Shown one piece after another: positions 8,659-17,918 of a stretch of 27,944 bases of DNA. Numbering within the stretch: position 1 is the stretch's first letter; every line of letters starts with the position of its first letter. This stretch comes from Candidatus Bathyarchaeia archaeon (GTDB lineage: Archaea > Thermoproteota > Bathyarchaeia > Bathyarchaeales > Bathycorpusculaceae), in the NCBI GenBank assembly GCA_049969855.1, contig JBMFOB010000018.1:1-27944 (forward strand), written 5' to 3'. The position numbers and the translations under genes are program-made. The notes below the pieces were generated by a model. That model searched no databases, had not been told where the DNA came from, and saw nothing but the letters and a program-made list of their open reading frames with translations.

Positions 8659-9342
8659 TTACTCAATTATTGTTCCAACACGTTCGCCATTAACCGCTAA
8701 CAAAACATTGTTAGGCTTGAAACCATTTACAACGGCAAACTTAACCCTCATACGCTTAAGAATTTTGATTGCCTCTGGGTCGATGATTTGGTGGATTCCA
8801 GCCTTATGCCTATTTTCTGAAAAAAATTTTGGCAAATCCTCAAAACGCAAATGCTTAAGCATAACTGCATCCGCATGCTTTTTAGGGTCTTTATCATATA
8901 CGCCTTCTTGGTCTGTGGCTTTAACAAGCAAATCCGCCTTAAGCCTTTCAGCAATTAGGGCAGCAACAGTGTCTGTGGTCATGCCTGGTTTTAAGCCGCC
9001 CATAACAGCAATTTTGCCTTCATGCACGCAGTTTGCGGCATCCTCAACTGTTAAAGGAACAATTCCACAGCTTAGTCTTCCAAGTTTTTCAACGAAAAGT
9101 TGAGCAAAAAGTCGCGAAACAGAAATTGCAATTTCATCCTGAGCCTTTTCAGCTAGTCCCAAATTTTTTGCAACTTGGATGAATTCTCTTGCTAAGGCAC
9201 CGCCCCCAACAACAACAACCACATCATGTCCCTTCTTTTTCAAAGTTTTCAATAAATCCGCATATTCGCCGATTAGGGTTTGGTTTATTGGTGAAGCAAT
9301 AACTGAACCGCCTATTCTCAGCACTATTCGCATTGAACCCAA
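8659..9342 (-). CDS. pyrH: Uridylate kinase (archaeal type)
   Basis: IVLRIGGS, VVVGGGALAR, PGMTTDTVAA, DQEGVYDKDP. True start may be ATG at 9333. Confidence 0.92.
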   Translation of the reverse strand: MGSMRIVLRIGGSVIASPINQTLIGEYADLLKTLKKKGHDVVVVVGGGALAREFIQVAKNLGLAEKAQDEIAISVSRLFAQLFVEKLGRLSCGIVPLTVEDAANCVHEGKIAVMGGLKPGMTTDTVAALIAERLKADLLVKATDQEGVYDKDPKKHADAVMLKHLRFEDLPKFFSENRHKAGIHQIIDPEAIKILKRMRVKFAVVNGFKPNNVLLAVNGERVGTIIE

Positions 9343-9383
9343 TCCTTCCAGAGCAGAGTATACAATTTTCTGGTTAAAACCTT

Positions 9384-10229
9384 TTAGAAAAACTTGTTTA
9401 AGCCTTGCTGAGTTTTTCTTCCAGCCTGAACGGTTATGGTTTCTCCAAAATTAATGCGCATGCCATCAGAAGCAGCAACCGTTGGAACACCAGTTTCTTC
9501 TTCTATAAGTTTCGCTTCGCTTGCCGGTCCCTTAAATATCATTTGCATTCCAAAATGGGTTAAAACCGCTTGTTCTGGACTGGCTTCTTTAACTATTTTT
9601 ATTGCATCATTGGTTGTCATATGCCCCTTCCATGGTTTTCCAGCGGGACGCATAACGCATAATAAGAGAAGCCTTACGCCCTCATAATATTTGCCTATTC
9701 CTTCAAAATATTCCGTGTCGCTTGTGTAGGCGAAATCTCCAAAATCTTCGGTTTCAAACCTAAAGCCAACAGTGTCCGGGTCCGTATGCCTAGCCTCCGT
9801 AACGGAAACGTTCACATTGTCAATTTGAAATTTCGTGTTTGGAACCACCTCAAATTTTTGCTCAGGCATTTGCTGATGATATTTTGAAATGGAAGGTTCA
9901 CATAAGGCATTTCCGCTCAGAACGCTTTTGGCTGCGGCGAGAACTCCACGTTTTCGAGTCATTCCACGCGTCATAGCTTCAATCAGGACTTCCGCATCCG
10001 TGTAATGGTCTGGGTGGCAATGAGAAACGAGGATGGCGTTAATTTTTTGCGGGTCTAATCCTTCATTAATTGAATGCACAAGGGCTCCGGGTCCAGGGTC
10101 CAAATGTAAGTTTAAGTTTTCGCTTATTATGCGGATGCCAGCGGTGCGCCTTTTCTGTGTTATTGTTGCGAATCTTCCACCGCCAGTTCCGAGGAGGATT
10201 ATTTCAAACTTTGAGCTCATGAGCAACAT
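9384..10229 (-). CDS. Metallo-beta-lactamase-fold hydrolase
   Basis: LGTGGGR, DPGPG, SHCHPDH, HTD, YTSDT, THFG. Confidence 0.88.
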   Translation of the reverse strand: MLLMSSKFEIILLGTGGGRFATITQKRRTAGIRIISENLNLHLDPGPGALVHSINEGLDPQKINAILVSHCHPDHYTDAEVLIEAMTRGMTRKRGVLAAAKSVLSGNALCEPSISKYHQQMPEQKFEVVPNTKFQIDNVNVSVTEARHTDPDTVGFRFETEDFGDFAYTSDTEYFEGIGKYYEGVRLLLLCVMRPAGKPWKGHMTTNDAIKIVKEASPEQAVLTHFGMQMIFKGPASEAKLIEEETGVPTVAASDGMRINFGETITVQAGRKTQQGLNKFF

Positions 10230-10280
10230 TATATTGGGTTAGATGATTTTTGCTTTACGTACGATTGCCTTGGTGAATGG

Positions 10281-11279
10281 TTAGAGGTAAAGGGTTGAGT
10301 AGGCGAATAGGTAAAGAATTATGAATAGCATCCCCGTTTTCTTGTCCAATTTTTCTCTTAATGCAAGAATTGATAAAACTATAATGGAACCGAAAAGCGC
10401 ATACAAACCAGTGGTTTCCGCAAATCTTCCAGAAATAGTAATTGGATAAAATAAGGGTCCAATTCCAATGGAAAAGCCAGCGTCAACAATGCTGCTTCCT
10501 ATGATGTCTCCTATGGCGATTTCATACTGTCGCTTTCGCACAGCAGTCAAATCCACAACAAGTTCTGGGAGGGATGTTCCAATGGCAACTAAAAAGAAGC
10601 TGATAAAATATTCGGGTATAAGCAGAACAGCTGACAAGTTGATTACTGACTCGATAACAATGAAAGACCCAGCGGCAACCCCTAGAAAACCAAGAATGGC
10701 AAACACTAAATGATATAATAATCCTCGACCAGAATGCGGCGCAACTTCAGGCTTTTTCATAACATTTCTAATTATTAGCATAAGGATTGGCCAACTGGCA
10801 ACTAAGAATATAGCGTTCATCCTTGAAATGTAAGCCTTTTCCACCATAGATATTGCGGCTATAAGCGCCAAAACCTCACAAGCACCCATAACCGTTATCT
10901 CTTCCTTTTTAACTTTGAATGTGCCTCCAAATATGGCAATAAGCCCCAACATTAGAGTCATTTGAGCCAAAACTGACCCGAAGGAATCTCCAACGTTTAT
11001 GTCGCCGTGACCTAAGGCTGATGAAAAAATTGAGTTGGCAATTTCTGGAAAATCAGTGCCCAACGACACTATTATTAGCCCTATCATGAGGGGAGACATC
11101 CCTAAGGCTGAAGCAATGCTAACGGAGTGCTCAACTGCCTTATCTGCAGAAAAAGCCAGTGAAACAATGCCAAAAATTAGTAGGGCTACTCCAATTGTCA
11201 AGTCAAAGGCCAGCCACAAACCAACCAAAAGAAGCGGCACGCCCAAAGCCAAAATAAAGAAGAGGACCCAATCCTTCAA
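10281..11279 (-). CDS. Sodium:calcium antiporter (CaCA/YrbG-like), paralog 1
   Basis: Alpha repeats GTDFPE and GTSLPE; GDSFGS and GDIIGSS; about 10-11 TM segments. Confidence 0.88.
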   Translation of the reverse strand: MKDWVLFFILALGVPLLLVGLWLAFDLTIGVALLIFGIVSLAFSADKAVEHSVSIASALGMSPLMIGLIIVSLGTDFPEIANSIFSSALGHGDINVGDSFGSVLAQMTLMLGLIAIFGGTFKVKKEEITVMGACEVLALIAAISMVEKAYISRMNAIFLVASWPILMLIIRNVMKKPEVAPHSGRGLLYHLVFAILGFLGVAAGSFIVIESVINLSAVLLIPEYFISFFLVAIGTSLPELVVDLTAVRKRQYEIAIGDIIGSSIVDAGFSIGIGPLFYPITISGRFAETTGLYALFGSIIVLSILALREKLDKKTGMLFIILYLFAYSTLYL

Positions 11280-11411
11280 AGGGTTTTCACCTTGTCTTAC
11301 AAAGAATTAACCTTAATCGTTCTTAAAATTTCCCTTTTCCTTTTTAAGTTTGAAACTGGGAGAAAACATTTTTAATCTTGCACAAAAAGGAATAGCAAAG
11401 GTGAATCATCC

Positions 11412-12389
11412 TTGTTTGAGGGAATGCTGATTAACGCATTGATTCTCCTCGTTTCTCTATTAATATTGGATAAAGCCAGCGACTGGACCATCACCAACTC
11501 CGTTAGAGTTGCGGACATAACTGGTTTCGGAAAAACAACGGTGGGCTTTATCCTAGTCGCTTTCGCCACATCCCTGCCAGAGCTTTCAGTATCAATTTTC
11601 GCAGCAATTGGACAAGAATCCATAGGCGTAGCCATCGGCAACGTCTTAGGCTCAAACATTGTAAACATATGCCTAATCCTCGGCTTATGCTTCATAATTG
11701 CAGCGTTAAAAAGCTCAAGTTATACAACGCTTCTTCCAGCCATGGCAAAGGAAGATGTGGGAAGCCTCTATTTCGGCTTATTCATAGCTTCAATAATTCC
11801 ATTAACACTGCTTTACATAGGCTATGCAAGCAGATTCATAGGAATAATTCTCCTCGCAATCTTTGTCTTCTACATTTATCAACTTTCAAAAATACGCAGA
11901 ATAAAAGAAGAAAGCAGCTTAGGAAAGGAAAAGGAAAAACTCGGAAAATACGCTTTCCTAACATTTTTAGGCGCAGCCTTAGTAGTCGCCAGCTCATATT
12001 TTATAGTGGACTCAGCCTCATACATCGCAGAAAGCGTAGGCATTCCAAAAGTTGTTATCGGCGCCACCGTTGTGGCTTTCGGCACAAGCCTACCTGAACT
12101 TGCCACAAGCATTGACGCCACGAGAAAGGGACATTTAGACATGGCTTTGGGAAACATTGTTGGAAGCTGCTTCATAAACATAACATGTATTTTGGGAGTA
12201 ACATTAACAGCCTCAACTTTAAGGGTTAATATGACGGCTTTCTCCGACCTCGTCATGTTTTCGCTTATAACAAATCTGCTTTTATGGTATTTTCTTTCAA
12301 GCGAAAAAATCAGCTGGAGGGAAGGCGCAGTCTTACTATTCATATACTTCATATTCCTAACCATCAGTTTTGGCGGCTACAAAGTCTAA
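11412..12389 (+). CDS. Sodium:calcium antiporter (CaCA/YrbG-like), paralog 2
   Basis: ATSLPE...GNVLGSN and GTSLPE...GNIVGSC alpha repeats. Confidence 0.9.
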   Translation: MFEGMLINALILLVSLLILDKASDWTITNSVRVADITGFGKTTVGFILVAFATSLPELSVSIFAAIGQESIGVAIGNVLGSNIVNICLILGLCFIIAALKSSSYTTLLPAMAKEDVGSLYFGLFIASIIPLTLLYIGYASRFIGIILLAIFVFYIYQLSKIRRIKEESSLGKEKEKLGKYAFLTFLGAALVVASSYFIVDSASYIAESVGIPKVVIGATVVAFGTSLPELATSIDATRKGHLDMALGNIVGSCFINITCILGVTLTASTLRVNMTAFSDLVMFSLITNLLLWYFLSSEKISWREGAVLLFIYFIFLTISFGGYKV

Positions 12390-12475
12390 GAGAAAATTCT
12401 GCTAAAAACCAAAAATGAAGGAAAAACTTTTCTAGAAAATGAAAGTTTAAAAACTTTCCCTCAGATTATCTTCAA

Positions 12476-13642
12476 TTGTGTCCAATATTGTTTGATTACG
12501 TTCTAATTCACTATGGCGAGCTTGGGCTTAAAGGATTAAACAGACCAAGTTTCGAGAAAAAACTGGTAGAAAACATAGTTAAAGCCCTTGACGGGTTAGA
12601 ATATGGGAAAATAAGGAAAATTCAAGGAAGAATACTTTTAGAACTTTCAAAAAAATCTGAAATAGAAAAAATTGAGGAAGCCCTCAAGAAGGTTTTTGGA
12701 ATATCATGGTTTGCCTTTTGTTTCACAACAGAAGCCCAACTAGACCATATAAAACAACTGATAAACAAAAATTTCAAAATAGAAGCTGGCACAAAATTGA
12801 GAGTTTCAACGAAAAGAGCAGACAAAACTCTGCCTTTCACTTCTATCGATGTAAACCGCGAATTAGGGGCTTATCTTGTCAAAAATTTCAATGCGGAAAT
12901 CTCCTTGAAAGAACCGCAAAAGGAAATTTTTGTTGAACTTGCAGAAGGAAAAGCATACGTTTTTGACAAGAAAATTAGAGGGTTGTACGGTTTACCAGCT
13001 GGTGTTTCGGGAAAAGTTTTACACTTGTTATCTGGCGGAATAGATTCGCCAGTGGCTGCATGGCTGCTAATGAAAAGAGGATGCCGAATAGATTTTCTAC
13101 ATTTCCACGCCTTCAAAAAGTTTGACGAGAAAAGATGTGAGAAAATTTTGAAACTGGGGAAGGTTTTAGCTCAATACAACCCAAATCCAACAATATTTTT
13201 CGTTCCATTTTATCCCTTTGAAGCAGAAGCCGTGGAAGCACCAGCCAAGTATAGGCTCATCCTGTTTAGAAGATTTATGGTTAGAGTTGCGGAGGAAATT
13301 GCAAAAAAATATGATATTAAAGCCTTAGGAAGCGGCGAAAACTTGGCGCAGGTTTCCTCTCAAACATTGGAGAATATGGCTGTAATAAGCAGAGCAACAA
13401 CCCTTCCAATCCTTAGACCATTATTGACTTATGAGAAAAATGAAACAGTTAATTTAGCCAAACAAATTGGCACTTTCGAAATTTCTATCACGCCATACAA
13501 AGACTGCTGCTCACTCTTTTTAACAAAACATCCCGCAACAAAAGCCAAACTGGAAATTGTGGAATCCCTTGAAAAGAAAATGAGCTTAAAAGAAGCCATA
13601 AAAGAAAGCCTCGAAAAAACCGAAACCGCAGAAATAAAGTAA
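12476..13642 (+). CDS. thiI: tRNA 4-thiouridine sulfurtransferase ThiI (THUMP + PP-loop, no rhodanese domain)
   Basis: YGELGLKGLNR, GLPAGVSG, LSGGIDSPVA, LAQVSSQT, RPL, DCC. Confidence 0.93.
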   Translation: MCPILFDYVLIHYGELGLKGLNRPSFEKKLVENIVKALDGLEYGKIRKIQGRILLELSKKSEIEKIEEALKKVFGISWFAFCFTTEAQLDHIKQLINKNFKIEAGTKLRVSTKRADKTLPFTSIDVNRELGAYLVKNFNAEISLKEPQKEIFVELAEGKAYVFDKKIRGLYGLPAGVSGKVLHLLSGGIDSPVAAWLLMKRGCRIDFLHFHAFKKFDEKRCEKILKLGKVLAQYNPNPTIFFVPFYPFEAEAVEAPAKYRLILFRRFMVRVAEEIAKKYDIKALGSGENLAQVSSQTLENMAVISRATTLPILRPLLTYEKNETVNLAKQIGTFEISITPYKDCCSLFLTKHPATKAKLEIVESLEKKMSLKEAIKESLEKTETAEIK

Positions 13643-13711
13643 GCTAAACTGAAAATCTAGAGGGGGAGGGTCGCTATTGGCTGATTTTCCAACCAAAAGT
13701 ATGGAGAAAAT

Positions 13712-14011
13712 TTAACGCTTCCTTCTCTTCACCTTCTTCGTGTTATCAAATTTTCTTTTCTTCTTTCCGAATAGCTGAGGATACCGCTGCACATCCTCAT
13801 AAATTGGTCTCGGAACATTAGTTCTCGGAAAATAAGCATCCATACGCCCCTCAGGAGGCATTAATGGGTATTTTGCCTTCTCTTTCTTGTAAACGAAACG
13901 ATAGAGAAAATAGAGGTATGCGAGGAAGCAACCAAAAACCAAAGTGGCGTAAAAGAATAATCTGGCTAGGACGGAGAGGAAAAACAAAGGGTATGAGTAG
14001 GCATATTCCAA
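13712..14011 (-). CDS. Hypothetical membrane protein with basic C-terminal tail (start uncertain, possible frameshift)
   Basis: Hydrophobic N-terminal segment followed by a Pro-rich, Lys/Arg-rich tail. Fills the thiI-rio2 gap. Confidence 0.55.
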   Translation of the reverse strand: MEYAYSYPLFFLSVLARLFFYATLVFGCFLAYLYFLYRFVYKKEKAKYPLMPPEGRMDAYFPRTNVPRPIYEDVQRYPQLFGKKKRKFDNTKKVKRRKR

Positions 14012-14097
14012 ACAGTAGGAAAAACCAAAATTTAATTTTCCTCTTTTGCATTTTCCAGTTTGCCTTTAAATAACCAGACAACATAATTTCTTTAACC

Positions 14098-14997
14098 ATG
14101 TCATCAGCCGAAGTTGCTGTTCAAGTGTTCTGCACGTTAGAAAACGAAGACATTAGAATACTGCAAGTTATAGAAGCAGCAAAAAGCAAACACGAATTTG
14201 TCCCAAAAGAGGTAATAGCAAAATATACAAAATTCAGTCCGCAAGAAACAGAATTTCGCCTAAACCGCCTAAACAAACTAAAACTCATATACAGAATGAA
14301 AGGCGCATATGTTGGCTATACACTGAATTATGCAGGCTACGATTGCTTGGCAATAAACGCCCTAGTAAAAGCCGGAGTTATCGAAGCCTTCGGAAAACCT
14401 TTAGGCGTAGGCAAAGAAGCAGATGTTTACGACGCCTTGAACCCGAAAGGGGAAAGAATAGCCGTAAAATTCCACAGGCTGGGCAGAATAAGTTTTCGCC
14501 AAACAATAAGAAAAAGAGGCTACACAACCGAACACGCCAACTGGCTTTTCCAGTCCAGACTTGCTGCGGAAAAAGAGTTTGAAGCCCTAAAACTCGTTTT
14601 TCCATACGGAGTTGCTGTTCCAAAACCAATAAGCCAAAACCGCCACGTCCTAGCAATGGGAATGATTGAAGGAGCAGAACTCGCAGAATTTAGGGAAATT
14701 CCAAAACCAGAAAAAGTTCTGAAGGAAATATTAAGCAACGTTAGAAAAGCCTATTTGAAAGCTGGCGTCATCCACGCTGATTTAAGCGAATACAACGTCA
14801 TCTTAAAACCCAACATGCACATCTTAATCATCGACTGGCCCCAATACGTTAAAAGGGAACATCCTAACGCCCAACAACTTCTAACAAGAGATGTCAAAAA
14901 CATTTTGGAATACTTTAAACGTAAACACATGGTGAAAGCGAAACTAAAAGAAGCCTTAGAATATGTTACTGGAAAAAACAGAACGATAAGCTTTTAG
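14098..14997 (+). CDS. rio2: RIO2 family atypical Ser/Thr kinase
   Basis: N-terminal wHTH (GYTLNYAGYD), GVGKEADVY, KFHRLGRISFR, IHADLSEYN, IIDWPQ. TATA TTTAAATA at 14065-14072 suggests a leaderless mRNA. Confidence 0.93.
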   Translation: MSSAEVAVQVFCTLENEDIRILQVIEAAKSKHEFVPKEVIAKYTKFSPQETEFRLNRLNKLKLIYRMKGAYVGYTLNYAGYDCLAINALVKAGVIEAFGKPLGVGKEADVYDALNPKGERIAVKFHRLGRISFRQTIRKRGYTTEHANWLFQSRLAAEKEFEALKLVFPYGVAVPKPISQNRHVLAMGMIEGAELAEFREIPKPEKVLKEILSNVRKAYLKAGVIHADLSEYNVILKPNMHILIIDWPQYVKREHPNAQQLLTRDVKNILEYFKRKHMVKAKLKEALEYVTGKNRTISF

Positions 14998-15227
14998 TGC
15001 ATATCAAGCACAATGTAGAGAATATTATTTCCACGCAGCAAAACATTCCCATAATTAGTGATTAACTGGTCTTCTCTACATTCAGTTGCTCCTTCCAAAA
15101 GAATATTCATGTGCCCATCACACTTAATCATCTTCCCCTTATATTCACATCCGTTTTTCAGCACAACAGCAATATTGGCATTTAACTGCTTAACAAGCAC
15201 ATTCAACGGTTTCTTACTAGGCTCCAT
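14994..15227 (-). CDS. Sm-like archaeal protein (Lsm, SmAP2-like)
   Basis: KPL..L, LKNG.EY.G, D.HMN..L, RGNNILYI Sm1/Sm2 motifs. Confidence 0.92.
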   Translation of the reverse strand: MEPSKKPLNVLVKQLNANIAVVLKNGCEYKGKMIKCDGHMNILLEGATECREDQLITNYGNVLLRGNNILYIVLDMH

Positions 15228-15463
15228 GACAGCACCAGATTATTTACATTAATACTCATATCCAAAACCACCAAATATAAAAGGTTTATGAAAACCTATT
15301 CCAAAAAATAATGCAAATTAATCATGTTCCAAATTTTCAAGCCTTTTTCAAAATATCCCTTTCCACAAAGCCCCGCCTAGGAAACTTCAAATTCTAAAAC
15401 AAAAAATTGCATCCAAAGAATTAAAATGAGAAGATTTTCTATTGCATAAGGGAGGAAAACGCC

Positions 15464-16987
15464 ATGCATGAAGTGCATATTGACGGAGAAACACTAACCA
15501 TAGAAGATGTTGTAAAAGTTGCAAGAGGAAACACAAAAGTTGTAATACCAGAAAAAGTGAAAGAGAAAGTGAAGAAAAGCCGAGAGGTTCTGGAAAAACT
15601 CATCAAAGAAAAACAGATAATCTATGGCGTTAACACGGGCTTTGGAGCATTAAGCAACAAAACCATCACACAAGAAGAAAGCAAAAAACTGCAAACAAAC
15701 CTCATAAGAAGCCACTCAACAGGAGTGGGAAAAAATTTAAGCACAGAAATTGTCCGCGCTTTAATGCTTTTACGAGCGAACACTCTTGCTAAGGGATATT
15801 CTGGCATACGCTTAGAAACTCTTGAAACAATTGTGGAAATGCTAAACAAAGGGGTGCACCCGATAATTCCAGCCAAAGGTTCTGTTGGAGCAAGCGGAGA
15901 CCTTGCCCCACTGTCGCATATGAGTTTGGTACTTATAGGCGAAGGAAAAGCCGAATACAAAGGCAAAGTGATGAATGGAAAAGATGCCTTAGAAAAAGCG
16001 AACATAAAACCAGTTCAGCTAGAATTTAAGGAAGGCATAGCCCTAAACAACGGCACCCAACTAATGACAGCCACAGCCGCACTAACAGTTTACGATGCTG
16101 AAAATCTAATTAAAACAGCGGAAATTGCAGCCGCCTTAAGCCTTGAAGCATTGCTTGGAGTTTCTGACGCCTTCCACGAGAAAATCCACAAAGTAAGACC
16201 GCATATCGGGCAAGCCGTAACAGCAAAAAACATAAGAGAAATGATTATTGGAAGCCAACTTGTCCAAACAGGAAAAGAAGCCTTTGAGAAACTGAAGCGT
16301 CCCCACGACCCCTACAGCCTAAGATGTACACCACAAATTTTGGGCGCCGCAAGAGACGCCATAGCCTACACAAGAAAAGTTGTGGAAACTGAAATTAATT
16401 CAGCCACAGACAACCCACTAATCTTCCCAGAAGAAAAACTCTGTCTCTCAGGAGGAAACTTCCATGGACAACCAATAAGCCTCGCCATGGACATGCTTGG
16501 AATAGCCCTAACAATTGTCGGCAACCTTTCAGAAAGAAGAACAGCCAGACTCCTCGACGAAAAACTCAACAATGGTTTACCAGCCTTCCTAATTCCGCCA
16601 GAGGCAAAAACTGGACTAAACAGCGGCTTAATGACACTGCAGTACACTGCAGCAGCCCTAGCATCAGAAAACAAGGTTTTAGCCCACCCAGCCTGCGTAG
16701 ACTCAATTCCAACATCAGCAAACTTTGAAGACTTCGTAAGCATGGGAACAACAGCAGCCCAAAAAGCCACGCAAATACTAGAAAACACAGAATACATAAT
16801 CGCCACAGAACTCATCTGCGCCGCCCAAGCCATAGAATACAGAGGACCAGAAAAACTCGGAAAAGGAACCAAAAAAATTTACGAGGTGATAAGAAAAGCG
16901 GTGCCAGCCCTAAAAGAGGATAAAGTGCTAAGCGAAGACATAGAGAAAATCAGAAAGGCTATGTACACTCTTTTAAGGCTTGAATAA
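15464..16987 (+). CDS. hutH: Histidine ammonia-lyase
   Basis: YGVNTGFG, LIRSH (HAL-type SH), MIO motif GASGDLAPL, YSLRC, SGGNFHG, EDFVSMG. SD GGAGG upstream. Confidence 0.92.
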   Translation: MHEVHIDGETLTIEDVVKVARGNTKVVIPEKVKEKVKKSREVLEKLIKEKQIIYGVNTGFGALSNKTITQEESKKLQTNLIRSHSTGVGKNLSTEIVRALMLLRANTLAKGYSGIRLETLETIVEMLNKGVHPIIPAKGSVGASGDLAPLSHMSLVLIGEGKAEYKGKVMNGKDALEKANIKPVQLEFKEGIALNNGTQLMTATAALTVYDAENLIKTAEIAAALSLEALLGVSDAFHEKIHKVRPHIGQAVTAKNIREMIIGSQLVQTGKEAFEKLKRPHDPYSLRCTPQILGAARDAIAYTRKVVETEINSATDNPLIFPEEKLCLSGGNFHGQPISLAMDMLGIALTIVGNLSERRTARLLDEKLNNGLPAFLIPPEAKTGLNSGLMTLQYTAAALASENKVLAHPACVDSIPTSANFEDFVSMGTTAAQKATQILENTEYIIATELICAAQAIEYRGPEKLGKGTKKIYEVIRKAVPALKEDKVLSEDIEKIRKAMYTLLRLE

Positions 16988-17915
16988 CTTTCTCAGCCAC
17001 GGCAACAGCCAGCCTCTTAAGGGTTTCCTCACAGCATGCCGCCAAATGCGGTGTGACAATAACATTATCCAGCCGCGTTAAAGGATTATCTGGGTTTAAA
17101 GGCTCACTTTCAAAAACATCTAAGGCAGCCCCTGCCACCTTTCCAGAAACCAAAGCTTCATACAATGCTTTCTCATCTATAATTGCGCCTCTAGCCGTGT
17201 TAACAATGTAAACGCCATGCTTCATTAACGCAAACTCCCTAAAAGAAATCATGTGATACGTTTCAGAGTTTAAGGGCAGATGAATGGATATTATATCTGA
17301 AATTCTCAAAAGCTCGTCGAAAGAGACGTATTTTACTCCAAGCGCCCTTTCAAGCTCGATGCTTCTGTTCCTCCTATAATAGACCAAATTGACGTTAAAG
17401 CTGCCAAGTCTTCTAGCAACAGCGCTTCCAATTCGCCCAAGTCCCAGAATCCCAACAGTCTTGCCCATAAGCTCGGCACCAACCAGAATATTGTATTTCT
17501 TATTCCACTCTCCCCTTCTTACGGTATCATCAGCCAATGATATTTTCCGCAACAAAGACAAAATAAGCCCAACAGTAAATTCGGCCACACTGTCTGATAA
17601 AGCCTCAGGAGTTCGAACTATACGAATGCCTCTTTTCTCAGCAAAATCCACATCGATATGGTCAACTCCTACCCCGTGAACCCCAATCACTTTAAGCCTT
17701 TCAGAAGCCTCCAAAACTTCCTTAGGAATTTTTATGAAGCCCCTCGTGATAAAGGCATCAGCATCACCACAAACCCTTAAAAGATCCGCCCAAGTAGCGT
17801 CGGGTCCAAGCTGAACAACTTCGCCATAACTTTCTAAAACCTTTATGCCACATGAATGAATGGGCTCCACAACAACTACCTTAAAACCTTTTCTCATACA
17901 TGTACCTTCAAACAT
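16959..17915 (-). CDS. D-isomer-specific 2-hydroxyacid dehydrogenase (SerA/glyoxylate reductase-like, no ACT domain)
   Basis: GVGVDHID, GLGRIG, NTARG, ALDVFESEP, TPHLA. Alternative start ATG at 17897. Confidence 0.92.
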   Translation of the reverse strand: MFEGTCMRKGFKVVVVEPIHSCGIKVLESYGEVVQLGPDATWADLLRVCGDADAFITRGFIKIPKEVLEASERLKVIGVHGVGVDHIDVDFAEKRGIRIVRTPEALSDSVAEFTVGLILSLLRKISLADDTVRRGEWNKKYNILVGAELMGKTVGILGLGRIGSAVARRLGSFNVNLVYYRRNRSIELERALGVKYVSFDELLRISDIISIHLPLNSETYHMISFREFALMKHGVYIVNTARGAIIDEKALYEALVSGKVAGAALDVFESEPLNPDNPLTRLDNVIVTPHLAACCEETLKRLAVAVAEKVIQALKECT

Positions 17916-17918
17916 TTA

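Noticed and set aside
11372-12364. Long antisense or alternative-frame ORFs over the antiporter, as also seen over the ABC genes, pyrH, hutH and valS
   Set aside because: Shadow frames of well-supported genes with no recognisable motifs.
12428-12458. Palindromes TTTTCTAGAAAA and GAAAGTTT-AA-AAACTTTC upstream of thiI
   Set aside because: AT-rich and coincident with the BRE/TATA sequence, so plausible by chance. No adjacent regulator.
12476-13642. Functional link between thiI and the TPP riboswitch as a thiamine cluster
   Set aside because: They are 14 kb apart, and the THUMP/PP-loop ThiI without rhodanese is primarily a tRNA s4U8 enzyme.
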